DNA of 64,000 bases from Bacteroidia bacterium. Lineage in GTDB: Bacteria > Bacteroidota > Bacteroidia > Bacteroidales > VadinHA17. The stretch is taken from contig JAPLED010000087.1 of the NCBI GenBank assembly GCA_026391475.1, forward strand, positions 31,744 through 95,743, written 5' to 3'. Position 1 is the first letter of the stretch. Each line of letters begins with the position of its first letter. Positions 16,069 to 25,367 of this stretch are shown in pieces. The translations under genes and the position numbers were made by a program. The notes below the pieces were generated by a model, which saw only the letters and a program-made list of their open reading frames with translations, had not been told where the DNA came from and did no database searches.

Positions 16069-19000
16069 TCACTTCTGTCTCACCCATTTTATTGCGTCTC
16101 CAATCACAGCCCTTCCTGTTGAAAGATTTGAAAGAATAACTTTCGCTGTGTCGGCCGCAAGGTAATATGTACCCAGTTTGTTCCAGCCACTCTCGGCATT
16201 TATATAATCAAGAGATATATCTTCAATCCCGCCGTCATGAGAAATGCGGAAATGGAATTCTTTGTAAGGTTCAGAAAGCTGTCCTCTTCCACCTGTTCCC
16301 TGGCCTCCGGCCCTACCCGGTCCAGGTGCTCCTCCCGTTCCTCCGCCTCCTCCTGTTCTGCCACCTCCGGTTCTGGCCCCACCACCACCTCCGGTTCTGG
16401 CAGCTCCACCGCCCATTACCATCATCCTGTCGGTAGTTTTACCGACATAACAGAAAATATCATAATAACCTGGTATGTTTATAACAGTAGCCCATGTTAC
16501 TGTTTTATCCCCGATGCCACTTTTGGTGTAGACTGCTGAGCGAATATATTTTCCAAAATATAATGATTGGACAGCAGGTTGCCAGTATGCGGGAATCCTC
16601 ATAAGACTTATTTGTTGATAAGTACTTCCGTTTTTGTTTTGAATTCCAAGAAGTTTTTTCAATCTGTTCACAGTATTTTGTTTGCTGATTTTGAAACCTG
16701 GATCCTCATTATCAACTATTATTTCAGTTGAATCAGAAGAAGAAGGATCATATGAAATAATTTCTTCACCTGAGAATTCGCTGATAATACTTTTTGATTT
16801 AATTATTTTATCAATTGGTAATGTGATCTCACCGGGAATGTTTTTTGCAAAGAGAGTATTTATCATCATTGTTCTTGGCTGGGCATCGAGGACAATACCA
16901 ACTCTTTTTGTCTCATCAGGTCCTAAGTAAACAATTTTCGAAATATCGGCAGCTTCCATACCACGCCCCTGGGAAGATATCTGCATCCTTCCGCCACCCC
17001 CTGCAAAACCGCCACCACCTCCGAAGCCGCCACCACCTCCTTCACCACGAGCGCCACCTCCGCTTCCACGTCCTCCTCCTGCACCACCGGTACGAAATGA
17101 TACATTAAATAACCCACCTGCAGCTTCCGGATTGGATGCAATAAAAGTAACCTGATATCTTGATCTGTCGCCGATTACAATTTCGGTTGCCTCCAAATGT
17201 GCAAACAGGAATCCGGGTTGTTCCTTACCGTTGAACCAATCATACAGATAAGGATAAAATTCGAAACCGAACTTATTTTTAATATCATTATTGAAATTTT
17301 TAATGTCGACTCTTTTAAACCGATGATCATCAATATATTTGACAAACCAATCCTTAAATTCATCAATCCCTGCTTTTGACCTGATCAGGTTAAAAAAATT
17401 ATCACCCTTGATGGTCAAAACAGTGTTCAAAGTATCGCCACCCGGATTTTTTGCAAGCATGTCTTTAAAACTCTGGTTTTTCAGGATGAGATTGGCAATG
17501 TCATTTTCAGTAAGATTGCCAGCCATTGCCTGCAAACCAGCTCTGCCGGGAGAATTAACTTTTTGAAGATGAGCTTCAAAAACAGCATTAATAACCGGAT
17601 ATTCTGAAGAGTAAAAATTATTCTTGAAAAAGTAAAAGCTTGGACCCAAAAGATACCTTGTCGGTTCATTTACAACAACCCCGTTCACAAACCTGAAATT
17701 CTCACCACTGATAAAAGTGCTCCTCATGAAATTATTGAAAATCCTGACATGTAGCTCTTTGTCTGTAATAACCTGTCCATTGCGTGTCATCCTTTTCTTC
17801 TGCTGTTGGAATTGCTTATAGAAACCGGCCTGGTTCAGCGTAGAAAGTCTTTCGGGAAGTAGAACCATTGATGGTTGCACTTCTGCCCGGGTTTGAGTGT
17901 TTTCCTTAGGGTAAGAATAAAATTGCACCGGTACCTCAATCAGACTAAGAGTTTCGAAAGGATATTTTGTTGAAAAGTTAGTTTCAAGATCTCTCATGAG
18001 ACCCGAAATAAGTAAAGGTATAGTGTCTTTTATCGCTTCGAGGTCTTTTATATAATAATCGTTCCCGGGGAAATGATAGGAAATATATTCGACGGAATCA
18101 ACCTTAATTTTGTTGGTCAGATAATTACCTATTGCAAGTGTCAGACCTGTCAGCGGAGATTTCGGTTTATATATATAGTATCCATTTTCTTTGCTCATTT
18201 TGCCCTGGGAAATAGCTACCAGATTATTCTCTGCTTTTACTTTAAGAGAATAATTAGTAAAATCAATCTTTATCTGAGCTGGATTGGATGGGTAGTAATT
18301 GAGGCCGGCAACAGGATACCAGTGAGTCTCAGGAGTAAGCAACACATAGTCCCTGGTAAGGAAGGCCTGCCGCTTATTCACATTAACCATTGCAATTCTA
18401 TATGGATTCTCATTGATATTATCACTATAATTTGGATAACAAAATGATTCATTGATACTTCCTGAATACACAAACTCAATGTTATCACTCTTTCCGGGAG
18501 TAAGGATTTTTTCCGGGTTTATTTCGATTATATGATTTATTCTTTTGAATTTCAGATCTTTTCCACCGGAAGATATTTTTGTTACTGACAATGAAGGATT
18601 AAGGGAAAAGTAATATTGACTAATTGGTTCATTATTATCATTTAAAATTGTCAGAGCTGCGGTTGCCTCAAATGACTTTCCTTTATGAATAAATTCTATA
18701 GATGCATCAGTTACGGTAGCAAATTTTTTATTTTCAAACTCTTTGTTTGTTTTTATTACCAGTTTTTTATCAATAACCCCTTTTCTGTAAGTGGAGTAGG
18801 TATTTAAAGTACAGATTACCGATCCTCCCAGAAAAACGAACAAGAATATTATGGTCAGGATTCTATGAACTTTAGATTGTGGTAATCGTTTAAATAACAA
18901 AATTGTTGCCATGATCAGGGAAAGTCCTGAAAAAAGATAAATAAGTCTTTGATTGATTATAACACTTAAATTATCAAACCCGATTATGCCTGATTTGAAA

Positions 19001-19629
19001 ACGGGAAGACCGAAAGCCAAATAGTCGAAAATCGATCCGGCTCTGAAGTATAGGTAGAAAATATCAAGGGCAGCATAACCGAGAAGAATAAGGAACGTTA
19101 TTGCCTGGTTTTTTATTAATGACATCAGGGTGAAAGCCAGTCCCAGGCTGAAAATCAATGTCGGTATAGTTATGATGAAAAGATAATAGAAGTATGACAT
19201 TATATTTACTGACATACTCTTTGAAATGATATTAATTACCAGACATATTGCAAGTATCAATAAGTTCAGGCTCAGGAACAGCCTGAGAATTCCCCATGAT
19301 TTTCCAATAATATATTCAAAATTAGACATCGATCTGGTATAAAGTACTTCATTGGTATCCAGCTTCTTGTCACGTTTAAGAAAATCTGCAGCCAGGAAAA
19401 TAACCACAATTGCCTGGGCAATATTAAGCAGGTAAAGATTAATAAGCGGGAGAGAGGAAGAGATAGATATTACTTCCCACCCCTCATTACCGACAGGAGA
19501 AAACATACCGATGTTCATTAACGTGAAAATAAACACTACACCAATTGAGAAAAGACGGAAAAACCAGCTTCGCCTGAGAGTCTTTGCCTCATACCGGGCA
19601 ACTGTTCTGATATTTAACAAAGATGCCAT
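16069..19629 (-). CDS. ABC-2 permease (about 7 TM) fused to a large M1-aminopeptidase-like periplasmic region without HExxH/GxMEN motifs, containing two Gly/Arg-rich inserts and a golvesin-C-terminal-like tail
   Basis: 1186 aa. The N-terminal ~280 aa hold about seven TM helices. The remainder resembles the 'ABC transporter permease/M1 family aminopeptidase' architecture as I recall it from Flavobacteriia. No HExxH or GxMEN motif occurs anywhere in the translation. The C-terminus (...WNKLGTYYLAADTAKVILSNLSTGRAVIGDAIKWV) resembles golvesin-C-like domains. Domain calls come from memory and visual inspection, not from an HMM. Confidence 0.6.
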   Translation of the reverse strand: MASLLNIRTVARYEAKTLRRSWFFRLFSIGVVFIFTLMNIGMFSPVGNEGWEVISISSSLPLINLYLLNIAQAIVVIFLAADFLKRDKKLDTNEVLYTRSMSNFEYIIGKSWGILRLFLSLNLLILAICLVINIISKSMSVNIMSYFYYLFIITIPTLIFSLGLAFTLMSLIKNQAITFLILLGYAALDIFYLYFRAGSIFDYLAFGLPVFKSGIIGFDNLSVIINQRLIYLFSGLSLIMATILLFKRLPQSKVHRILTIIFLFVFLGGSVICTLNTYSTYRKGVIDKKLVIKTNKEFENKKFATVTDASIEFIHKGKSFEATAALTILNDNNEPISQYYFSLNPSLSVTKISSGGKDLKFKRINHIIEINPEKILTPGKSDNIEFVYSGSINESFCYPNYSDNINENPYRIAMVNVNKRQAFLTRDYVLLTPETHWYPVAGLNYYPSNPAQIKIDFTNYSLKVKAENNLVAISQGKMSKENGYYIYKPKSPLTGLTLAIGNYLTNKIKVDSVEYISYHFPGNDYYIKDLEAIKDTIPLLISGLMRDLETNFSTKYPFETLSLIEVPVQFYSYPKENTQTRAEVQPSMVLLPERLSTLNQAGFYKQFQQQKKRMTRNGQVITDKELHVRIFNNFMRSTFISGENFRFVNGVVVNEPTRYLLGPSFYFFKNNFYSSEYPVINAVFEAHLQKVNSPGRAGLQAMAGNLTENDIANLILKNQSFKDMLAKNPGGDTLNTVLTIKGDNFFNLIRSKAGIDEFKDWFVKYIDDHRFKRVDIKNFNNDIKNKFGFEFYPYLYDWFNGKEQPGFLFAHLEATEIVIGDRSRYQVTFIASNPEAAGGLFNVSFRTGGAGGGRGSGGGARGEGGGGGFGGGGGFAGGGGRMQISSQGRGMEAADISKIVYLGPDETKRVGIVLDAQPRTMMINTLFAKNIPGEITLPIDKIIKSKSIISEFSGEEIISYDPSSSDSTEIIVDNEDPGFKISKQNTVNRLKKLLGIQNKNGSTYQQISLMRIPAYWQPAVQSLYFGKYIRSAVYTKSGIGDKTVTWATVINIPGYYDIFCYVGKTTDRMMVMGGGAARTGGGGGARTGGGRTGGGGGTGGAPGPGRAGGQGTGGRGQLSEPYKEFHFRISHDGGIEDISLDYINAESGWNKLGTYYLAADTAKVILSNLSTGRAVIGDAIKWVRQK

Positions 19630-19644
19630 TAGCGTTTTTTATCG

Positions 19645-20538
19645 TTAGTCAATTAAAGTTGTATGTAATTTATGCTCCATGTAATATACATAGGCATGCT
19701 CAATGTCAGGATCAATGCTGATTGCATTATAATCAGGGACATCATCCGACACAACCTGAACTTCCCAGCCTGTCTCATTGGGTATTGTAGAAATAACATT
19801 GTAAATTTCTTTTACCTTTTCATATTCATATGGGGTCAGATTAAGTTTGAATACATGGCCTTCAGCATGTTTAACCAGGTTCTCGGGAGAACCATAGTAA
19901 ACTAATTCTCCCCTGTCAAGCAGGGCCATTCCCTGGCAGGTAGAAGAAATATCCCCAACAATATGAGTCGACAGAATAATAATTACATCATGCTGGCTTA
20001 GCTGGGAAAGTACATTTCTGAATTTAATCCTCTCGTCAGGATCCAGTCCTGTAGTGGGTTCATCGACAATTATAATCTTTGGATTACCAATGAGAGCCTG
20101 TGCAATACCCAGCCGGCGCTTCATGCCACCCGATAACTTGTTGGCCCGCCTGTCGCGCGCTTCAAGAAGCCCGACCTGATCAAGTAATCTGTCAACCTCT
20201 GCCATTCTTTCCTTTCTGTTTTTCAATCCGGCAAGAGACCCTGCATAATCCAGGAACTCCCAGGTCTTAAGGGCAGTAAAAAATCTGAAATCCTGGGGAA
20301 GATACCCAAGAATACTTCTTAGTTCTTTTCTGTGTTTTTGAATATCTTTGCCATTTACCATTACCAATCCTGATGTAGGTTTCATCAGGGTTACAAGTAT
20401 GCGCATAAGACTTGATTTGCCTGCTCCGTTTGGACCCAGCAGACCAAACATACCGGTACCGAATTCAAGATTGATGTTCTTCAGGGCATGATTGCCATTT
20501 GGATATACTTGATTAAGATTCTGAATTTCAATTTTCAT
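19645..20538 (-). CDS. ABC transporter ATP-binding protein (ABC-2/DrrA-like), first gene of the operon
   Basis: Walker A GPNGAGKSS, Q-loop LPQDF, signature SGGMKRR, Walker B IIIVDEPTTGLD and H-loop STHIV. It lies 15 nt upstream of the permease fusion gene. Confidence 0.93.
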   Translation of the reverse strand: MKIEIQNLNQVYPNGNHALKNINLEFGTGMFGLLGPNGAGKSSLMRILVTLMKPTSGLVMVNGKDIQKHRKELRSILGYLPQDFRFFTALKTWEFLDYAGSLAGLKNRKERMAEVDRLLDQVGLLEARDRRANKLSGGMKRRLGIAQALIGNPKIIIVDEPTTGLDPDERIKFRNVLSQLSQHDVIIILSTHIVGDISSTCQGMALLDRGELVYYGSPENLVKHAEGHVFKLNLTPYEYEKVKEIYNVISTIPNETGWEVQVVSDDVPDYNAISIDPDIEHAYVYYMEHKLHTTLID

Positions 20539-20736
20539 AAAAATTCATATTGATAATTCAATTATACGAAGAAAATAGAAAATATATAGACTATTTAATG
20601 AATCCAAATATTCCATTCATTTGAATATTTTAGTTTCTTTTTAACAGAAATCGGATTCGCTTACGAAGGGATGAATTGATATTGGAATAACTACATTGTA
20701 AAACTAATTCCTATTTTTGTAGATAAAAATTTCCAG

Positions 20737-21990
20737 GTGGTTTATCTGACAAATAAGCGAAAAATTATTAACGATCCGGTTTATGGATTTATCAGCATCC
20801 CGGGGGATTTTATTTTCGACCTCATTGAACATCCATGGTTTCAGAGGTTGAGGAATATAAAACAACTGGGATTGACGAGTTTTGTATATCCCGGGGCAAA
20901 TCACAGCCGGTTTCAGCATGGTCTGGGAGCATTGCATCTGATGGATTCGGCTATAAGCACACTCAGAAGCAAGGGTGTTATTATTTCACCGGTAGAGGAA
21001 GAAGCCACCTTCATTGCAATTCTGTTGCATGATGCCGGTCATGGTCCCTTTTCGCATGCTCTTGAAAACGCGATAATTAACGGTATCACTCATGAAGATC
21101 TTTCTCTTCTTCTCATGAGAATGCTGAATGAGAAATATGGAGGGAAACTTGATCTTGCAATTGAAATCTTCAGGGGAATCTACCCCAGAAAATTTTTACA
21201 TGAACTTATCTCTGGCCAGATAGATATGGACAGGTTGGATTATCTGCGAAGAGATAGCTTTTTTACAGGAGTTATTGAGGGAGCAGTCGGATCCGACAGG
21301 ATAATCAGAATGCTTAATGTTGTGGACGATAGTCTAGTTGTAGATGAAAAGGGAATCTATTCACTAGAGAAATTCCTGATTGCACGGCGACTGATGTACT
21401 GGCAGGTTTACATGCATAAGACGGTCCTTTCATCCGAAAGCCTCCTTGTCAAAATACTTAAACGTGCGAAAGAACTTGCTAATGAAGGCGTTGATCTGTA
21501 TGCCACACCTGCTCTCAGATTCTTTCTTTACAATAAAATAGGTCATGCCGACCTTACTGATGACGGTAACTTTACCCCCGGTCTGATTGCTGCAAATTTT
21601 ACAAGACTTGATGATACAGATATCCTGGTTTCAGCCAAATTCTGGGCCGATCATTCCGATAAGGTTCTTTCAGATTTGTCAGGCAGGTTGTCACGAAGAG
21701 ATCTCTTTGCTATTGAGTTACAGAATGACCCTTTTCCTGAAAACAGGGTTAAGGAACTCAGAACTCTGGCAGGAGATTTGATGAATGTGAGTCCGGAGCT
21801 TGAAGATTATTATGTTTTTACTAATAGTATCTCAAATCTGGCATATACACCGGAGGCTCCTGATGTGAAAATATTGCTCAAGAGTGGAAAAACATCTGAT
21901 ATTTCAACTGTTTCAGATATATTTGACCACAGGTTCCTGTCAGAAAGAATAACGAAATACTTCCTTTGCTATCCAAAAGAATGTCGATAA
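20737..21990 (+). CDS. HD domain-containing phosphohydrolase (dGTPase/SAMHD-like family commonly found upstream of lpxD in Bacteroidota)
   Basis: RFQHGLG...LLHDAGHGPFSH HD motif and DRLDYLRRDSFFTG. GTG start per the ORF track. A TATTTTTG -7-like box lies at 20712-20719. Confidence 0.85.
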   Translation: MVYLTNKRKIINDPVYGFISIPGDFIFDLIEHPWFQRLRNIKQLGLTSFVYPGANHSRFQHGLGALHLMDSAISTLRSKGVIISPVEEEATFIAILLHDAGHGPFSHALENAIINGITHEDLSLLLMRMLNEKYGGKLDLAIEIFRGIYPRKFLHELISGQIDMDRLDYLRRDSFFTGVIEGAVGSDRIIRMLNVVDDSLVVDEKGIYSLEKFLIARRLMYWQVYMHKTVLSSESLLVKILKRAKELANEGVDLYATPALRFFLYNKIGHADLTDDGNFTPGLIAANFTRLDDTDILVSAKFWADHSDKVLSDLSGRLSRRDLFAIELQNDPFPENRVKELRTLAGDLMNVSPELEDYYVFTNSISNLAYTPEAPDVKILLKSGKTSDISTVSDIFDHRFLSERITKYFLCYPKECR

Positions 21991-21997
21991 CTTATAA

Positions 21998-23044
21998 ATG
22001 AATATCATGGAATTTACTGCCGCAACAATAGCCGGATTTTTAAATGGCGAAATAGAAGGCAACCCCGACATTAAAGTCAATACCGTTGCCAAAATCGAGG
22101 AAGGCCAAAATGGAGCTCTGTCATTCCTGGCCAATCCGAAATATGAAAATTATTTATATACAACAAAATCATCTGTTGTTCTGGTTAACAAAAGTTTTGT
22201 GCCTTCAGCTAAGGTAGATGCCACCCTCATAAAAGTCGAAAATGCATATGAGGCATTTGCATCCCTTCTTCGTCTTGTTGATCAGTCCCGTCCAAGAAAG
22301 AAAGGAATTCACACTACCGCAATTATTGAGGCAACAGCTAAAATCGGTTCTGATGTTTACATCGGTCCATATGCCTATATCGGCGAAAATTCCGTTATCG
22401 GCGATGGATGCTCTGTTTATCCGCATGTTTTTATTGGCGACAACACGAAACTTGGGAAAAATTGTACGATTAATCCGGGAGTTAAGATTTATCATGATTG
22501 TCTTGTGGGTGAAGGTTGTATAATACATGCCGGAACGGTGATCGGAAGCGATGGATTCGGATTTGCTCCCCAATCGGAAAGCGAATACATAAAGATCCCT
22601 CAGTTGGGGAATGTTATCATTGAAGACCATGTTGAGATTGGAGCAAATGTTACAATTGATAGAGCAACAATGGGATCAACAATTATCCGTAAAGGTGTTA
22701 AATTGGATAACCTCATTCAGATCGGACATAATGTTGAGGTGGGAGAGAACACTGTTATGGCCGCACAGACAGGTATTGCAGGATCAACAAAAGTCGGAAA
22801 GAACTGTATGTTTGGAGGACAGGTTGGTATTGCCGGTCATATTAAAATTGCAAACGGAACAAAAATCGGAGCTCAGGCAGGAATCCTTGGAGAAATAAAA
22901 GAAGAAAACACGATCATTCTCGGTTCACCGGCAATCGATTATAAACAGTTTTTTAAATCTTCAGTGATTTTTAAAAAATTGCCGGAGCTAAAGATAAAAA
23001 TTGATACACTGGAAAAAGAGATAGAGTCTCTGAAAAAGAAGTAG
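21998..23044 (+). CDS. lpxD: UDP-3-O-(3-hydroxyacyl)glucosamine N-acyltransferase
   Basis: 348 aa with left-handed beta-helix hexapeptide repeats and an LpxD N-terminal domain ([14 protein letters not shown]). Sits in the lpx cluster. Confidence 0.92.
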   Translation: MNIMEFTAATIAGFLNGEIEGNPDIKVNTVAKIEEGQNGALSFLANPKYENYLYTTKSSVVLVNKSFVPSAKVDATLIKVENAYEAFASLLRLVDQSRPRKKGIHTTAIIEATAKIGSDVYIGPYAYIGENSVIGDGCSVYPHVFIGDNTKLGKNCTINPGVKIYHDCLVGEGCIIHAGTVIGSDGFGFAPQSESEYIKIPQLGNVIIEDHVEIGANVTIDRATMGSTIIRKGVKLDNLIQIGHNVEVGENTVMAAQTGIAGSTKVGKNCMFGGQVGIAGHIKIANGTKIGAQAGILGEIKEENTIILGSPAIDYKQFFKSSVIFKKLPELKIKIDTLEKEIESLKKK

Positions 23045-23166
23045 TTTTACATTACGGTCGAAACTGAATATGTTGTAATAAATTTAGTTATAGGACAATT
23101 TTTTGGATTGTTCGAAATATTTTTATTTTTTTTGTACCCGGAATCTTAATTTAATATTTAACACTG

Positions 23167-24561
23167 ATGAGTGAAAAACAGAGGACACTTGCAAAGGAAA
23201 TAAGCCTTACCGGGAAGGGGTTGCATACCGGAATTAGTGTAACAATAACATTTAAACCGGCTCCGGTAAATCACGGATATAAATTTTGCAGAGTGGACCT
23301 TCCGGGGAAACCTATAATTGATGCACTGGCTGAACATGTTACAGATACATCGCGGGGAACGACCCTGGTGCAGAACAATGCTTCTGTATCAACTATTGAA
23401 CATGTTCTGGCCGCATTCCATGGTTTGCGTGTTGATAATGCCCTGATTGAGTTAGATGGAACTGAAGCACCGATAATGGGGGGCGGGTCATGGAAATTCG
23501 TTGAAGCAATTAAGGAAGCAGGTATCGTTGAGCAGAAAGAAGATAGAAATTACTTTGTTGTCAAACAAAAGATCACCTTCTCTGATGAAGAACATGGAGT
23601 GGACCTGATAGTTTATCCCGATGATCATTTCAGCGTAAATGTTCTTATCGATTATAATTCCAGGATACTGGGAAACCAGTATGCTATTCTTGATACAATT
23701 GATGATTTTGAAGAGAAGATATGCAGAAGCCGCACATTTGTATTTTTTCATGAACTGGAGCCCCTTTTTAATAAGGGACTTATAAAGGGCGGTGATCTTG
23801 ATAACGCAATTGTCATACTCGAAAAAGAGGTTGAACAGTCTGAAATAGACCGTATTGCCAAACTCTTTAACCGTCCCGGCATCAGCACACATATCGCAGG
23901 GATACTTAATAATACCGAATTGCGTTACCCAAATGAGCCGGCACGCCATAAACTTCTCGACATTGTGGGTGACCTGGCACTGGTCGGTCATCCGATAAAA
24001 GGCAAAGTTGTGGCAACCCGCCCCGGCCATTTTGCCAATACACGGTTGGCAAAAATCATGAGACAGGAGATTAAGAAAATTCTTTCAAAACGTGATATTC
24101 CGGTCTATGATCCCTCACAACCTCCTGTCTTTACTCTCGAAGAGATCAAAAAACGATTGCCACACAGGTTTCCTTTTTTGCTTGTTGATAAAATAATTTC
24201 TCTTGATGAATCCTCAATTGTGGGTATCAAAAATGTTACATTCAATGAATCATTTTTTCAGGGTCATTTTCCGGATGAACCTATCATGCCTGGAGTCCTG
24301 ATGGTTGAAGCCCTGGCACAGACAGGCGGATTGCTTGTTCTGAGTACTATTGAAAATCCTGAAAAATATTCTACTTACTTTCTTAAGATTGACAAACTTA
24401 AGTTTAAACAAAAAGTTGTTCCCGGAGATACTGTGATACTAAAAATGGAACTGGCCGACGTTATGCGGAGAGGGATAGTTACGATGTTCGGTCAGGCGTT
24501 TGTAGGGAACAAACTTGTTTTAGAAGGAGAAATGACTGCTCAGGTAGTAAAAAATAAATAA
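23167..24561 (+). CDS. lpxC/fabZ: Bifunctional UDP-3-O-acyl-GlcNAc deacetylase / 3-hydroxyacyl-ACP dehydratase
   Basis: The N-terminal LpxC part contains GKGLHTG and HKLLDIVGDLAL. The C-terminal FabZ hot-dog part contains LPHRFPFLLVDKI and FFQGHFPDEPIMPGVL. This fusion is characteristic of Bacteroidota. Confidence 0.95.
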   Translation: MSEKQRTLAKEISLTGKGLHTGISVTITFKPAPVNHGYKFCRVDLPGKPIIDALAEHVTDTSRGTTLVQNNASVSTIEHVLAAFHGLRVDNALIELDGTEAPIMGGGSWKFVEAIKEAGIVEQKEDRNYFVVKQKITFSDEEHGVDLIVYPDDHFSVNVLIDYNSRILGNQYAILDTIDDFEEKICRSRTFVFFHELEPLFNKGLIKGGDLDNAIVILEKEVEQSEIDRIAKLFNRPGISTHIAGILNNTELRYPNEPARHKLLDIVGDLALVGHPIKGKVVATRPGHFANTRLAKIMRQEIKKILSKRDIPVYDPSQPPVFTLEEIKKRLPHRFPFLLVDKIISLDESSIVGIKNVTFNESFFQGHFPDEPIMPGVLMVEALAQTGGLLVLSTIENPEKYSTYFLKIDKLKFKQKVVPGDTVILKMELADVMRRGIVTMFGQAFVGNKLVLEGEMTAQVVKNK

Positions 24562-24568
24562 AAGATTA

Positions 24569-25342
24569 ATGATCTCAAATTTAGCTTTTATCCATCCCGA
24601 TGCCAAAATAGGTAAAGATGTTACCGTTGAACCTTTTGCCTATATCGCAGGAAATGTCGTAATTGGTGAGGGAACATGGGTTGGCCCCAATACAACAATC
24701 ATGGATGGCGCCAGAATCGGAAAAAAATGCAGAATATTCCCTTCTGCAGTTGTTTCAGGTATCCCTCAGGATCTTAAGTTCAGAGGGGAGGAGTCTATCG
24801 CTGAAATCGGAGATAACACAACTGTAAGAGAAGGTGTTACAGTAAACCGTGGTACTGCCGCCGTTGGTAAGACAGTTGTAGGAAACGGTTGTCTTTTAAT
24901 GGCTTATGCTCATATTGGTCACGATTGTACTATCGGGAACAACTGTATTATCGGGAATTTCAGCGGTCTGGCCGGTGAAGTGAAAGTTGACGATTGGGCT
25001 ATTCTCAGTGGAGGTACCCTGGTTCACCAATTCACGCATATCGGAGCTCATGTCATGTTAGGTGGCGGTGCAAAAGTGAGAACAGACGTTCCTCCGTTTA
25101 TAAAAGCTGACCGCGACCCCCTCTCTTATCTGGGATTAAATTCAGTCGGACTAACCAGGCGTGGGTTCGAAAAGGAACGAATTGACGAGATTCACAATAT
25201 ATACAGAGTTATTTATCAGAATGGCATGAATATTTCACAGGCTCTTGATAATATTGAAAAAGAATTCAAACCATCACCTGACAGGGATTATATTCTGGAA
25301 TTCATAAGAAAATCAGAAAGAGGAATCATAAGGGCCAGGTAA
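24569..25342 (+). CDS. lpxA: Acyl-ACP--UDP-N-acetylglucosamine O-acyltransferase
   Basis: 257 aa with hexapeptide repeats and an LpxA C-terminal helical domain. Last gene of the lpx cluster. Confidence 0.92.
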   Translation: MISNLAFIHPDAKIGKDVTVEPFAYIAGNVVIGEGTWVGPNTTIMDGARIGKKCRIFPSAVVSGIPQDLKFRGEESIAEIGDNTTVREGVTVNRGTAAVGKTVVGNGCLLMAYAHIGHDCTIGNNCIIGNFSGLAGEVKVDDWAILSGGTLVHQFTHIGAHVMLGGGAKVRTDVPPFIKADRDPLSYLGLNSVGLTRRGFEKERIDEIHNIYRVIYQNGMNISQALDNIEKEFKPSPDRDYILEFIRKSERGIIRAR

Positions 25343-25367
25343 GGACCTTTACGTTGCCATTAATTAT

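Noticed and set aside
16167-17141. ORFs on both strands overlapping the Gly-rich segments (for example 16167-16436, 16237-16539, 16200-16409, 16845-17108, 16923-17141)
   Set aside because: These are artefacts of GC-rich repetitive codons, which are open in several frames. They lie inside the long, well-supported 1186-aa minus-strand ORF.
20704-20937. 77-aa minus-strand ORF in the divergent region
   Set aside because: It overlaps the 5' end of the HD-domain gene on the opposite strand. It has no motif support and would leave no promoter space.
23488-24030. 180-aa minus-strand ORF inside lpxC/fabZ
   Set aside because: It is antisense to a highly conserved bifunctional gene. Such long antisense frames are common in AT-rich DNA.
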